This document shows, in pieces, positions 17,944 to 28,769 of a stretch of DNA of 64,000 bases. Every line of letters begins with the position of its first letter. Positions within the stretch are counted from its first letter, which is position 1. This DNA is from a virus. Below the pieces are notes generated by a model. The model saw nothing but the letters and a program-made list of their open reading frames with translations. It was not told where the DNA came from and did no database searches. Made by a program: the position numbers and the translations under genes. The stretch is taken from positions 32,001 through 96,000 of the IMG/VR virus record IMGVR_UViG_3300045988_170760. One strand, 5' to 3'.

Positions 17944-19014
17944 ATGGCAAGAAAAGCAGTAAAAAGAACGAAAAAAGCTGTAAAAAAACAGGAAGATGAA
18001 TTAGTTCAATGTGTTTCTTGTGGTAAGTTTAAACTTAAAAAAGATTTTTATATAAGTTATAATGAAATGCATTTGAATGGAGTATTACCTTATTGTAAAA
18101 CTTGCATAAAAAAGATGTGTAATGACAAGTTTAATCAGTTAGATAAAGAAAAAACATTAAGAATGTTAAGAACTATTGATAGACCGTATATACATGCTAT
18201 GTATGAAAAAGCTGTTGCTAAAGGTGGAGCAAATGCAATAGGTACATATTTAAGATTAATTAACTTACAACAATATAGAGATAAAAAATGGATGGATGGA
18301 GATTTAGATATGTTAGATGAAAAATCAGCTAATATAAAACCTCCTCTTACTGAAATAAAAAATGTAGAGCCTATAAAAACAGAGATAGAAAAATTTGAAG
18401 ATTTTGAGGTTACTAACGATATAATTGCTTTGTTTGGAACAGGTTATACAGATGAAGAATATTTTCATATGTGGAATAAATATCAGTTTTTAAGTGCAAA
18501 TTATACTGAACAAACTAATATGCATACAGAAGCATTGGTAACATATGTAAGATATAAAGTAAAAGAAGAAATGGCAGTTGCAGCAGGTAAAGCTACAGAG
18601 GCTAAGACTTGGGGAGAACTAGCCATGAAGCAAGCTGAAAGGGCTAAAATTAATCCTAATCAATTTAGTAAAGCAGACTTACAAGGTGGGTTAACAACGA
18701 TAGGAGAAATAGCTCAAGCAGTAGAACAAAATGTAGATATAATACCAGTATTACCACAATTTAAATTTAGACCAAATGATGCGGTAGACTTTTGTATATG
18801 GTGTTATATTAATTATGCAAGAGACTTAGAAGGTAAACCTCTAGTAGAATATAAGGATGTTTATAAATTTTATGACAGAATGAGAGAAGATTATATAACT
18901 AGTACAGGCGACCCTTATGGAATATTTGATGAAGACCCTACTTTAAATAATAGAGAAAAAGTAAAGCAGTTTATTCAACTTCCTGATGAATATTATGAGG
19001 AAGGTGAAAACTAA
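17944..19014 (+). CDS. putative terminase small subunit (position-based)
   Basis: Lies immediately upstream of, and overlapping, terL. It has a basic N-terminus plus a CxxC...CxxC zinc ribbon. ATG 17944 is preferred over the TTG at 17884. Confidence 0.45.
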   Translation: MARKAVKRTKKAVKKQEDELVQCVSCGKFKLKKDFYISYNEMHLNGVLPYCKTCIKKMCNDKFNQLDKEKTLRMLRTIDRPYIHAMYEKAVAKGGANAIGTYLRLINLQQYRDKKWMDGDLDMLDEKSANIKPPLTEIKNVEPIKTEIEKFEDFEVTNDIIALFGTGYTDEEYFHMWNKYQFLSANYTEQTNMHTEALVTYVRYKVKEEMAVAAGKATEAKTWGELAMKQAERAKINPNQFSKADLQGGLTTIGEIAQAVEQNVDIIPVLPQFKFRPNDAVDFCIWCYINYARDLEGKPLVEYKDVYKFYDRMREDYITSTGDPYGIFDEDPTLNNREKVKQFIQLPDEYYEEGEN

Positions 19015-20825
19015 TGGCATATATTAAAAACTTTGAAACGGAAGCCCACAAACATAGTAGGATGCAGTTTGCACCTAAAAGTGAATATGAAGCATGGGAT
19101 AATCCAACAGTAAAAGTACGTAAAAATGGTAAACAGAGTTTTTTTGAAGAACATATTAAGCAATATACAGAATTAATAAGTTATTTCAGATGGTATCCTG
19201 ATTTATTTTTAGATATGATAAGACCTAAGACAGGTGGGGTAAATTTACATTTTGACCAAAGAGTATTCTTAAGATGCATTTGTAGATTTATTAGTATATA
19301 TGGTGTATTTCCTAGAGGTTGGTCAAAAACATGGTCTGAGGTAGTGTCAATGTTTATAATAGCTGTTTTATATCCAGGAATAACTATGTCGTTAACAGCA
19401 CAAACAAAGGCTAATGCGGCAGAGTTACTTAAGGATAAACATGATGAGATAACAAGACAATATCCTTGGTTCAAGACAGAAATATTAAAAGTAAGAACAG
19501 CAAAAGATGACTGTGAAATATTTTTTGTGAATGGTTCAAGAATAGATGTGTTGGCAAATGCACAAAGTAGTAAGGGACAAAGAAGAAATAGAATACAGAT
19601 AGAAGAAAGTGCCTTAATAGATAATTTCACATTTGAAGATGCTTTAAAGCCTATTGTCGAAATAGGTAGAACAACTCAAGGTAAGATAGGTATATCTGAC
19701 CCACAAGAATTAAATCAACAAATAAATTTCTTTACGACATCAGGATTTAGAGGCAGTGATGAATGGGCTAGAAGTGTTCAAATGTATAAAGATATGACAG
19801 ACTTAAAAGGAGATATTGTTTTAGGTTCAGGTTGGATGCTTGGTTGCTGGATGGGAAGAGGTTCTAATAAGGGGCAAATATTAAAAAAGAAAAGAGATAC
19901 GGGCTCAGTAGCTTTTGCTAGAAACTATGAAGAAAAATGGGTAGGAGCTGTAGATAATCAACTTGTAGATATAAAGAAACTATTGCGAACAAGAACATTA
20001 ACGGAACCTGTTTTAGATAATAAAGATAATAAAAGGGAGATTATCTTAGGTGTAGACGTAGCTCGTTCTGCAAATAACGCTAACAATAAAACTGTAATTA
20101 GTGTGGTAGAAGAGCATCACGTAGACAATGGATTGATAAGGCAATTAGACTTAATTAATATGTTTTTGGTATCAAATCAATTAAATTTTACAGCACAAGC
20201 TTGTTTAGTTAAAAGAGTACAAAAACAATATAATGCAAAAATTGTAGTTGTTGATACAAATGGATTAGGTAGTGGTTTAAGAGATGAATTGTTAAAGCCT
20301 AATATAGATGTTGAAACAGGTGAGACATATAATGCATGGGATGCTGTAAATGGAGAAATAAAGTCTGACTATAGAGATGCAGAACCATTATTGTTTGCTT
20401 TAAATTCACAAAATAAAGATGAAACAAAGAAAGATGGAAGAATAAATAGTTATGCTATTATTAATTTTATAGATTGTGTAGATGGTCAAAAATTAAGATT
20501 ATTAGAAGAAAGAAGAGATAACGGTATAAATTTAGGGGATATAGAAGAAGTTAAAGCTTTTATACCTTTTGAGCAAACAAATGCTCTTGTAGATGAAATA
20601 TCTAATTTAAAATTAAAACATTTAACTAATGGAGAGGTAACAGTAGAGAAAGTTTTAAATAAAATAGATAAAGATAGATTTTCAAGTTTAATGTATGCAT
20701 TATGGTGGGCAATGACTTATGATAATGCATTAAAAACAGATAACAAAGATTTGGTTATGACAATAGCGAAAATGAACGGTCTCGGAAGCAGAAGAGGAAG
20801 TTCATTGAATAATTTATTTAAATAA
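19014..20825 (+). CDS. terL: terminase large subunit
   Basis: 603 aa. Walker-A-like PRGWSKT, a Walker-B-like RIQIEES, and nuclease-domain patterns ILGVDVAR and VVVDTNGLG. Confidence 0.75.
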   Translation: MAYIKNFETEAHKHSRMQFAPKSEYEAWDNPTVKVRKNGKQSFFEEHIKQYTELISYFRWYPDLFLDMIRPKTGGVNLHFDQRVFLRCICRFISIYGVFPRGWSKTWSEVVSMFIIAVLYPGITMSLTAQTKANAAELLKDKHDEITRQYPWFKTEILKVRTAKDDCEIFFVNGSRIDVLANAQSSKGQRRNRIQIEESALIDNFTFEDALKPIVEIGRTTQGKIGISDPQELNQQINFFTTSGFRGSDEWARSVQMYKDMTDLKGDIVLGSGWMLGCWMGRGSNKGQILKKKRDTGSVAFARNYEEKWVGAVDNQLVDIKKLLRTRTLTEPVLDNKDNKREIILGVDVARSANNANNKTVISVVEEHHVDNGLIRQLDLINMFLVSNQLNFTAQACLVKRVQKQYNAKIVVVDTNGLGSGLRDELLKPNIDVETGETYNAWDAVNGEIKSDYRDAEPLLFALNSQNKDETKKDGRINSYAIINFIDCVDGQKLRLLEERRDNGINLGDIEEVKAFIPFEQTNALVDEISNLKLKHLTNGEVTVEKVLNKIDKDRFSSLMYALWWAMTYDNALKTDNKDLVMTIAKMNGLGSRRGSSLNNLFK

Positions 20826-20840
20826 TTGGGGGTGTATTAA

Positions 20841-22442
20841 GTGAGTAATAACAAATCTAAAAGAAAAGGAAACACAAAGCCTCAAAATACAGTTAGAATG
20901 GCAACCCCAGAACAAGTGGAAACATTAGAAAAATTTGTAAAAACATATTCTGCTGACTTAGCAAAGAAGTTACAGGAATTAGACTTAATTACTAAAATTG
21001 CAAGTAATAAAGGTCAATATAATCCAATTTTATCTGAGCAATATCTTAATGATATAACTTTTAATCCTCAGAAGGCAAGTTCTCATGAGATTGAAAGATG
21101 GCTAATGGCTCCACAATATAATGATATGAATATTAGGCATTTAAGTCAATATTTAGAGACTGCTGTTGGTCAGTATGGAAGGGCAATTTGGTTCTTAAAT
21201 ACTGAGAAATCTTTTAACTATCTATTAACTCCAGCAGATGCAAATAATAGTGATTATATAGATAAAAAAGAGTACATGAATAGTTATGTAACAGCATTAA
21301 ATACTTTAAGAAAGATGAATATCAAATATCAATTCCCAAAAATGGATTTACAGGTTATGGAAGATGGCGTTGGATTTTATTTTATTCAAGAGACTGATGA
21401 TACAATTACATTTTTACAACTGCCAACTGATTATTGTTATATTACTGCACCTTGGACATATGGATGGTTATTTGCTATAGATTTAACATTTTTTGATAGA
21501 ATGGTAGGAATGCCTGATATATTACCAGAATTAACAGCGGCTTATAAACAATTTGTAGAAAAAAGAAAAGAAGGATATACTGGAGAGAAGTTAGCTCCAT
21601 TTCAATATTATAATTTGCCACCAGAAAAATCTTTTTGTTTAACATTTAATCCTAATAGGGCTTATAAGATACCACCTTTAACAGGTGCAATGGGGGCATC
21701 TTTGGACGTATTAAGTTATAGAGATTTATTAAAAAAGAAATCAGTATTAGATTTATGGAAATTAATTGCAATGAAAATACCAATTGATAAAAATACTAAT
21801 AAAATGCAAATTCCATATGATGAAGCAGCAGAATTAATTAGTATGATAAAAGAACAAATGCCAGAGAATATAGTGGCTTTTGCTACACCATTTGAGGCTC
21901 AAGAGGTTGCAGCAAATCAAGTCAATACAATGGATAAATTAGTAGATTTAGGAGATAACAATGTATTTAGTGCTTTGGGTATGGGGTCAGCAATGTTTGG
22001 TAAAGACAATAAAAATGCTGGTCAATTAAAAATATCTTCACAAATATCATTTGACTTCTCTGCTACTCATATGTATTCTCAATTTGCAAATTTAGCAAAT
22101 TGGATAATTATGCAAAAAACAAAAACATTTAAATGGAAGGTTTCTTTCTTTGGCAATAAATTGGACAAAGATAAGGAAATAGATAATGCTATAAAATTAG
22201 TTACAACTTCAAATTATCCTGTGGAATATTTAATGGCAAACACTGGATTTGAACCTTTTGAAGTCCAAAGTTTTGTTAACTGGGCTAACAAATTAGATTT
22301 GAAATCAAAAATGAAACCTTTACAATCAATGAATACAATGTCAAACAAGCCAGGTAGTGAAGGCGGGAGACCACAAAAAGATGTTGGAGACATGCAAGAT
22401 AGTGGTGAAAAAAGCAGAGAATATAAGGATAATAGAGGGTAG
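20841..22442 (+). CDS. portal protein
   Basis: 533 aa directly after terL. GTG start after GGGGGTG. The call rests on size, position and an acidic/basic C-terminal tail. Confidence 0.6.
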   Translation: MSNNKSKRKGNTKPQNTVRMATPEQVETLEKFVKTYSADLAKKLQELDLITKIASNKGQYNPILSEQYLNDITFNPQKASSHEIERWLMAPQYNDMNIRHLSQYLETAVGQYGRAIWFLNTEKSFNYLLTPADANNSDYIDKKEYMNSYVTALNTLRKMNIKYQFPKMDLQVMEDGVGFYFIQETDDTITFLQLPTDYCYITAPWTYGWLFAIDLTFFDRMVGMPDILPELTAAYKQFVEKRKEGYTGEKLAPFQYYNLPPEKSFCLTFNPNRAYKIPPLTGAMGASLDVLSYRDLLKKKSVLDLWKLIAMKIPIDKNTNKMQIPYDEAAELISMIKEQMPENIVAFATPFEAQEVAANQVNTMDKLVDLGDNNVFSALGMGSAMFGKDNKNAGQLKISSQISFDFSATHMYSQFANLANWIIMQKTKTFKWKVSFFGNKLDKDKEIDNAIKLVTTSNYPVEYLMANTGFEPFEVQSFVNWANKLDLKSKMKPLQSMNTMSNKPGSEGGRPQKDVGDMQDSGEKSREYKDNRG

Positions 22443-22451
22443 GTGAAATAA

Positions 22452-22676
22452 GTGTTTATAGATAATATGAATGAACTAGATAATGTAAAAAAATACATTT
22501 GCGGTTCTCCTAATCTTTGTAAATTTTTAGAACAACATGGATTAAAACCAAGTTATTCTTATAAATTAAGTAAAGAAAGACAAAATCGTACAATGTGGGT
22601 ATTTATTATGACACCAGAATTATCATCATTATTGACAGAATGGTCAAATAATAAACCTAGCAATAAAATTATATAA
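22452..22676 (+). CDS. hypothetical small protein
   Basis: 74-aa ORF with a GTG start after GGTAGGTGA. Confidence 0.55.
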   Translation: MFIDNMNELDNVKKYICGSPNLCKFLEQHGLKPSYSYKLSKERQNRTMWVFIMTPELSSLLTEWSNNKPSNKII

Positions 22677-22694
22677 GGGTGGTGAAATAATAAA

Positions 22695-23243
22695 ATGTTA
22701 ATATCAGATGAAACCCAAGAAAAGTTAAATTTATTAATTCAGAGATTTTTCCAACACAACAGAAGTTGGGATAATTTTTTAGGATATTCTAATGTAGAGT
22801 GGGCATTTAATCATTTTAATGAAGTATTCCATCATGGATTAGCACATTTGTACCCACTATTAGCAGATGTGGTTGCAGATATAGAATTAAGATATAATAT
22901 AGTTCCTAAATATTATGAAACAAAAAGAGATACAAGAGTATATGGTTCTATGTTGGAGTTTTTCAATATTAATATTAACGAACATACTGAGACATATGAA
23001 TTAATTAAGTCTGCAATTGATACAGCAACTGTAAATGGAGATTTAAATGTTGAAGCTGATTTAAAAGCTTTATTAAGAAGATTTAATCACTTTATGGAAC
23101 AAGCTATTACTTTAAGAGATAAGGCTCAAATTTACGGAGAAGACCATAAGGCTTTATTTGATGGATTTGCTGACCAGTTCTATGTATTACAACAAGAATA
23201 TGATGATTTAACAGATGATGATAAAGAGGAAGATGATGACTAA
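22695..23243 (+). CDS. hypothetical protein with poly-acidic C-terminus
   Basis: 182 aa with GGGTGGTGA upstream. The C-terminus reads DDDKEEDDD. Confidence 0.65.
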   Translation: MLISDETQEKLNLLIQRFFQHNRSWDNFLGYSNVEWAFNHFNEVFHHGLAHLYPLLADVVADIELRYNIVPKYYETKRDTRVYGSMLEFFNININEHTETYELIKSAIDTATVNGDLNVEADLKALLRRFNHFMEQAITLRDKAQIYGEDHKALFDGFADQFYVLQQEYDDLTDDDKEEDDD

Positions 23244-23263
23244 AATAGAAAGGAGCATAAAAG

Positions 23264-25474
23264 ATGAGTGAACAAACAGTTAATTTGCAATTTAGCTTAA
23301 ATTCTGATAATTTTAGATTATTAGAAAATGATGGCTATTGTAGTATTGCAGAAGTAGATTTTTTACACTTAGGTGTAAATAGGAATAAATGTAATATTAC
23401 AAAAGAATGTGTGCAAAAATCTTTACAGTCTTTTTATAATAAGCCTTTATTATGTATTTTAGATAATTCATTTGATGCATCTTTATCAGTAGATTTTAAA
23501 GAACATGCTCGTTCTGAAAATGAAAAGAAAAAATTTATAGCTTTTGGAACAATTCCTGAAAGCTCTACTTTTAGATTTTTAGAAAGAGATAACGACAAAA
23601 CCTATTTAAGTGCAAAAGTAGTAATTTGGAAAAATTATTTCCCAGTAATTATGAATATTTTAAAAAGAAGAGGAGATGTAAAGGTTAGTATTGAATTAGC
23701 AGTTATTGATGGAGTACAAGATGAAAATACTGGTATATTAGATATTAATGAATTCAGATTATTAAGTTGTGTCTTATTGGGTGAAGGAATAATGGAAGGT
23801 ATTGAAGGAAGCCATTTAGAAGTACTTAGATTTGCTTATGACCAAGATGATGTAAAAAAAGCAAATGAATATTATTTAACTTTTTCTCAAAACAATATGA
23901 AATATGAAGTGCCAGAAGAAGTACAAAATGCAGTACAAGAAGGTCTTAAATCATATAAAAGTATTGGAAAGGGATGTACAACTCAAGAGGTTGCAATGGC
24001 TAAAGGTTTAGCCAATGAAACATATATAGATAAAAATAAAGTTAATAAAATTAGCCAAAAACTTTTAAACTCAAAAGATAAAAATAAAAGTTTAACTTTT
24101 GAAATATTGGGTGGAGAAGTTATGGAAAGTTGGATTAACAATTTAAAAGAAGAAAGAGTGGGTGATAGTCAGTTGAAAAGTCTAAGTAATAATGAACTTC
24201 AAGAACAATTATGGAAAGACTTAGAAAAGTACAAGTACCATGATGGAGAATGGGAAGGCAGAAAATATTATGTAGAAGAAATTTATAGTGATGAAAAGGT
24301 TGCTATAATTAGAGATAATGAAACTGCTAAATATTATAAAGTTCCTTATGAAGTAAAAGATGGTAAAGTTACTGTTTTAATGGATGATAAAAAAAATGTT
24401 CATAGAACTTATGAGGAAACTAGTGAAGAAAAAACATTCTCAGAATTCACTTCAGTTGTTTTTGCTAAAAAAGATTACGGAACAGGAGAAGCCATCACTG
24501 TTGATAAATCTAAAGAAGCATTATCAGAAAGTAGCTGGGGGTCAGTTAATAAAACAGAATTAAGAAAAAAGGTTTTAGAAGCTAAAAATTATAAATCTTT
24601 AGTTAAGGATGTTTATGCAGATGTCCAAGAAGGATGGGAGGAAGCTCCAAGTTCTAAGCTTAAATATCCAATTATGGAAATTAAAGATGGTAAAGCTGTT
24701 TATAACAGATATGGTTTAGCGAGTGCCTTAGCCTATGCTGAAAAAAATGGAGAAACAGCTGTTGTTAATAAGGTGAAAAGTTTATATAAAAAACTTGACA
24801 TAGATAAAAATGATGAAGGTGGTGAAAAAAAGATGGCAAAGGAATTAGATAAAGACAAAAAAGAAGAAGTAGTTGAAAACAAATTAGACAAAGACAATAA
24901 AGACATTGAAAAAATCAGAGATGATGCTGATGCACAAGAAGATGATGTAAAAGAAAAAGAAAAAAAAGAAGTAAAAAATTCTGATAAATGTGATGATATT
25001 GGATTTGCTAAAGATGACGTTAAGAAAAACAAAATCGAAAAAGATGACGAAGGTGAAGAAGACTTAGAAGATGATGTTGATGCTGACAAAGACTACTGGA
25101 AGAAAAAAGCTAATGCTTTAGAAATCAAAAACGCTGAAATCGAAAATGAATTAAAGAAATACAAAAGAGCAGAAGAAGAAAGAGAAATGGCAGCAGAAGT
25201 AGATAAATTCGCACATTGTATGTCAGAAGACGAAGCAAAAGAACTAAAAAATGCAATTAAAGAATGCACTATGGCAGAAATGAAAGAAAAAATTAATGCT
25301 AAAGTTGCAGAATTTGCATTAAAAGTAAAAAATGCTGAAGAAGCAAAAAAAGAAATTCAATATTCAGTTAATCCAATGTTTGAATTAAACACATTAAAAT
25401 TTTCAAAAAGCGAAATTAATAGCTTAGATGATATTATTTCAAATAGCCATGCAAGTATTGCAGGTAAAAAATAA
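23264..25474 (+). CDS. putative prohead protease / scaffolding fusion protein
   Basis: 736 aa between the portal and capsid genes. The N-terminal ~200 aa looks XkdF-like, the middle carries a SSWGSVNK motif, and the long C-terminal K/E/D-rich coiled coil is typical of scaffolds. Confidence 0.45.
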   Translation: MSEQTVNLQFSLNSDNFRLLENDGYCSIAEVDFLHLGVNRNKCNITKECVQKSLQSFYNKPLLCILDNSFDASLSVDFKEHARSENEKKKFIAFGTIPESSTFRFLERDNDKTYLSAKVVIWKNYFPVIMNILKRRGDVKVSIELAVIDGVQDENTGILDINEFRLLSCVLLGEGIMEGIEGSHLEVLRFAYDQDDVKKANEYYLTFSQNNMKYEVPEEVQNAVQEGLKSYKSIGKGCTTQEVAMAKGLANETYIDKNKVNKISQKLLNSKDKNKSLTFEILGGEVMESWINNLKEERVGDSQLKSLSNNELQEQLWKDLEKYKYHDGEWEGRKYYVEEIYSDEKVAIIRDNETAKYYKVPYEVKDGKVTVLMDDKKNVHRTYEETSEEKTFSEFTSVVFAKKDYGTGEAITVDKSKEALSESSWGSVNKTELRKKVLEAKNYKSLVKDVYADVQEGWEEAPSSKLKYPIMEIKDGKAVYNRYGLASALAYAEKNGETAVVNKVKSLYKKLDIDKNDEGGEKKMAKELDKDKKEEVVENKLDKDNKDIEKIRDDADAQEDDVKEKEKKEVKNSDKCDDIGFAKDDVKKNKIEKDDEGEEDLEDDVDADKDYWKKKANALEIKNAEIENELKKYKRAEEEREMAAEVDKFAHCMSEDEAKELKNAIKECTMAEMKEKINAKVAEFALKVKNAEEAKKEIQYSVNPMFELNTLKFSKSEINSLDDIISNSHASIAGKK

Positions 25475-25494
25475 GAAAAGGAGTGAAATAAATT

Positions 25495-26064
25495 ATGGCA
25501 AAACACTATATTGCAAGAACAGTTACAGAAAATCCAGGATATATGCAAGCAAAAATTAGAGTTCCAGCAGATGTTACTTTACATGCAGGTCAAGTAGTAG
25601 TAGCTGAAACTTTAGATGCAGCATTAGGATATGGAAATTGGGATGTTTATGCACCAACACAAGTTGCAAATGCTACAAAAGAAAGCATTGCAGTTATTTT
25701 AGATGGAGGATTTGAAACATTAGCAGATGGAAGAAGACCAGATGGTAATGCAGATTATACTCAATACTTATTTAATGAAGGAGATGTTGTTACTGCTCAT
25801 AGATTATTACCAGAAGTAAGATTTGAAATATCAGAAGATGCATGTGATAATACAGTAACAGCAGCTACAGTTGTACCAGGAGATAATTTAATTCCAAAGA
25901 ATGGTCAATATGAATTAACATATTCAGCTAAAGGTACAGCAGTTACAGCTAAAAACTATTTAACAGTTGAAGCAACAAAATATTTCAGATTAGGTGGTAT
26001 GTCTGGAGCAGATTTTGCTCAAACAATGGTTGTTAGAGCTAAAGCTACAGATGCTACAGCGTAA
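25495..26064 (+). CDS. putative head decoration protein (lambda gpD position)
   Basis: 189 aa immediately upstream of the major capsid gene. It is a clear paralogue of residues 1-198 of the 37368 ORF. Confidence 0.45.
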   Translation: MAKHYIARTVTENPGYMQAKIRVPADVTLHAGQVVVAETLDAALGYGNWDVYAPTQVANATKESIAVILDGGFETLADGRRPDGNADYTQYLFNEGDVVTAHRLLPEVRFEISEDACDNTVTAATVVPGDNLIPKNGQYELTYSAKGTAVTAKNYLTVEATKYFRLGGMSGADFAQTMVVRAKATDATA

Positions 26065-26081
26065 GGAGAGGTGAAAAATAG

Positions 26082-27227
26082 ATGAAAGAATTAGAAATTA
26101 TTAGAACTTTTTCATCAAAAGATGATGAAGTAAAAGTAATTAAAGAAAACTTAGAAAAAGTTTGTAAATATGCTATGTATCATGACGGAGCATTAAGTAG
26201 AATTGCAGACAAGAGTTTTGCTTTAGTTGATAAAGAAATTGATAACTATAATGATTTAAATGAAAAAGCTAAAATTGCTTTATTATCATTCTGTGCAGAT
26301 AAAGCAGGAATTAGTGAAATTAAAACTAATGCTGATGTAATTAGAGCATTCAACAATAGCACATTTGCAACAATTTACAATTCTATTATTGTTGATGTAT
26401 TAGAAAGCATTATCTTAAAAAGCAGACCTGAACAAATTTTCAGATTAGCAAATGTTGATGAAGTTGATGTTGGAGATAGTAAAACTTATGAAATTGAAAC
26501 AAAAGGATTACCAATTGCTCAAAGAACTTCATATACAACAAACGTAACATTCTTAGATAGTTATTCAAGAATGAGCTTAACAATTACACCAAAACCATAT
26601 AGTATTGGTACAACAATGGATTATATTAGAATTTTAGCTAATAACTATGATATGGGTAAAGAATTAGCTAGAGTTGCATTTGCATTATTATATGCACAAT
26701 TAAGATTAATCGTTGATGAAATTTATTCAATCACACCAATTAACGGAACTCCATTCTATCAAAATGCATGGAATAGTGCAAACTATATCCAAATGATTGA
26801 AGATTTAAAAATGTTAAATGGTGGAGCAGATGTTACAGCTTATGGAACATTACCAGCATTTAATAAAATTGGAGTTTTAGCTACTACTAACTATGGTTTC
26901 CAAAGCCAAGATGAAATGATTAGAGAAGGTTTCTTAGGAAGAGCTTATGGAGTAGACAACGTTGTAATTGACCAATTCACAGATTTAAGTCAACCATTTA
27001 CAACAGCTACTGCTGCTACATTAAGAGCAATTCCTAATGATAGAATTATCTTATTATCTAGTGTTGGTGACAAACCAGTTAAATTAGTAAGAGAAAACTT
27101 TGTTCACGTTAAAGTAAAAGAACCAACAGAAGGTTCACAATACAGACAAAACTATGAATATTTCATGAGTTTTGATGCTGCTATTGCAACACAAGCTAAC
27201 TATGGTATTCAATCTGTAAATGACTAA
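26082..27227 (+). CDS. major capsid protein
   Basis: 381 aa in the expected position, with strong RBS GGAGAGGTG and followed by a strong intrinsic terminator. Confidence 0.6.
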   Translation: MKELEIIRTFSSKDDEVKVIKENLEKVCKYAMYHDGALSRIADKSFALVDKEIDNYNDLNEKAKIALLSFCADKAGISEIKTNADVIRAFNNSTFATIYNSIIVDVLESIILKSRPEQIFRLANVDEVDVGDSKTYEIETKGLPIAQRTSYTTNVTFLDSYSRMSLTITPKPYSIGTTMDYIRILANNYDMGKELARVAFALLYAQLRLIVDEIYSITPINGTPFYQNAWNSANYIQMIEDLKMLNGGADVTAYGTLPAFNKIGVLATTNYGFQSQDEMIREGFLGRAYGVDNVVIDQFTDLSQPFTTATAATLRAIPNDRIILLSSVGDKPVKLVRENFVHVKVKEPTEGSQYRQNYEYFMSFDAAIATQANYGIQSVND

Positions 27228-27231
27228 TTAG

Positions 27232-27257
27232 AATGGGATAGATTTCTATCCCATTTT
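27232..27257 (+). terminator. intrinsic terminator after the capsid gene
   Basis: AATGGGATAGA and TCTATCCCATT form a perfect inverted repeat followed by Ts. Confidence 0.7.
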
Positions 27258-27326
27258 AATTATAATATATTTTAGGATGAAAGTCAATAGTTTATATTAT
27301 AGATTATTATGGAAGGAGCTATGAAA

Positions 27327-28016
27327 ATGGCAAACAAAAAAAATAATGTTAAACCAAAAGAAGACATTGAATTGAAAGAAGAAATCAAAGTAGAAGAAAC
27401 ACAAAAAACGGAAGAAAGTCAAGAAGTGATTGCTTTAAGGAAACAAGTAGAAGAAATGAAGAAAGCTATGGAAGAGTTAATGAAAGTTAAAGCTAATGAA
27501 CCTTCTCAAAAAGTTTTTGTAAAGCAAGAAGATGATGAGGTAGTAATTGGATGTAGAGTCCTACAAGGTATCGGATGGGGTGCTCCTGAAGACCCAGCTG
27601 GTGAAATTAGATTACGTTTTAATGAAGAACAAGTTGTAACTGTTTCTGATATGAAAAGATTTTTCAGAAAACATTCAATCAGAAAACTTTTTGAAAATGG
27701 ATTATGTTATTTTACAGAACCAGAAAATTATGCATTATTTAATATAAGAAAGTATATTGATTTATCAGATGAAAACTTAATAAGGGTATTAACACAAGAA
27801 GATACTAATGATGTAATTAGAGAATTAGATGAAATTACAACTAATAAAAAAAATAGTAGCATTGTAAATTGTGTTGTATTTAGAATTTGTGATATGATAA
27901 GAAAAAACACTTTAGATTGGGATTATTATAAAAGAAAAGCTATTGAAGATTACTTTAGCATGGAATTTGATAGAGGAATTAATACTTTAAAAGCTTTAGA
28001 ACAATATAGAGGATAA
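27327..28016 (+). CDS. hypothetical structural protein
   Basis: AAGGAG lies 8 nt upstream of ATG 27327. The N-terminus is charged. Confidence 0.65.
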   Translation: MANKKNNVKPKEDIELKEEIKVEETQKTEESQEVIALRKQVEEMKKAMEELMKVKANEPSQKVFVKQEDDEVVIGCRVLQGIGWGAPEDPAGEIRLRFNEEQVVTVSDMKRFFRKHSIRKLFENGLCYFTEPENYALFNIRKYIDLSDENLIRVLTQEDTNDVIRELDEITTNKKNSSIVNCVVFRICDMIRKNTLDWDYYKRKAIEDYFSMEFDRGINTLKALEQYRG

Positions 28017-28043
28017 ATATAAGGAATGTAAGGGGGTGGAAAA

Positions 28044-28769
28044 ATGGCAACAAGTTTTGAAGAAATATATTGTCTTAATGCAGTTATTAAATCAGACCAA
28101 CGTTTGCTTAACAAACCATCTTATATGTTATATGATTTATGTTGGAAATATTTGCAATTAGCAATTCCTTATTTCCAATATGATTGCAGAAAGAATTTAC
28201 TTGATTTAGTTCCATTTTCTCTTACAGATTATTCTTTTACAGGAGATGGAGAAAACAATATTTTTAAATTAGAACCACCTCCAAATATAGGTGATAATCC
28301 AAACTTTTATATTACTCTACAATTAGATTGTGGACAAGAAGCTAGACCTATAAATGATTATATTTGGGATAGTGAAAATAATACAATCACTTTAAGTGAT
28401 GTGACTCCAGCGGTAGGAGAAATTATCAACATTACAGTTTATGAAATTGGTTATTTTAATGCAGACTTAAATTATGACGAAAAAGCTATTTTGGCACGAG
28501 CTATGAATATACCATATTATGAGGAACAAATGACAAGTAGTAAAATATTAAATTTTGCTGTATATGGTGGTAGTATAAAGATGCATTCTCAAGCAGAACA
28601 ATTAAAAACTGTTACTTCTTTATATAAGGGATATAAAAGAGAAGTTGAAGGAGATATCAGTATGTATTCTTACCGTACTGCACCAAAAGGTTTAAAGGGA
28701 TTGGGGGCGAGAACAGTATGCTTACACCCACTAAGATATCAACCAAAACCAATTGCATCCAAAGAATAA
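28044..28769 (+). CDS. hypothetical head-tail connector region protein
   Basis: 241-aa ORF with GGGGGTGG upstream. Confidence 0.65.
   Translation: MATSFEEIYCLNAVIKSDQRLLNKPSYMLYDLCWKYLQLAIPYFQYDCRKNLLDLVPFSLTDYSFTGDGENNIFKLEPPPNIGDNPNFYITLQLDCGQEARPINDYIWDSENNTITLSDVTPAVGEIINITVYEIGYFNADLNYDEKAILARAMNIPYYEEQMTSSKILNFAVYGGSIKMHSQAEQLKTVTSLYKGYKREVEGDISMYSYRTAPKGLKGLGARTVCLHPLRYQPKPIASKE

Noticed and set aside
19181-19630. Minus-strand ORFs listed in the track. Examples are 19181-19630, 34128-34703, 38771-39253, 43291-43749, 24733-25089 and 56472-56819, along with all the shorter ones.
   Set aside because: Each lies entirely antisense inside a well-supported + strand gene and lacks an RBS. 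They translate to low-complexity, Ser/Leu/Phe/Ile-rich sequence, as expected from the reverse complement of AT-rich coding DNA.
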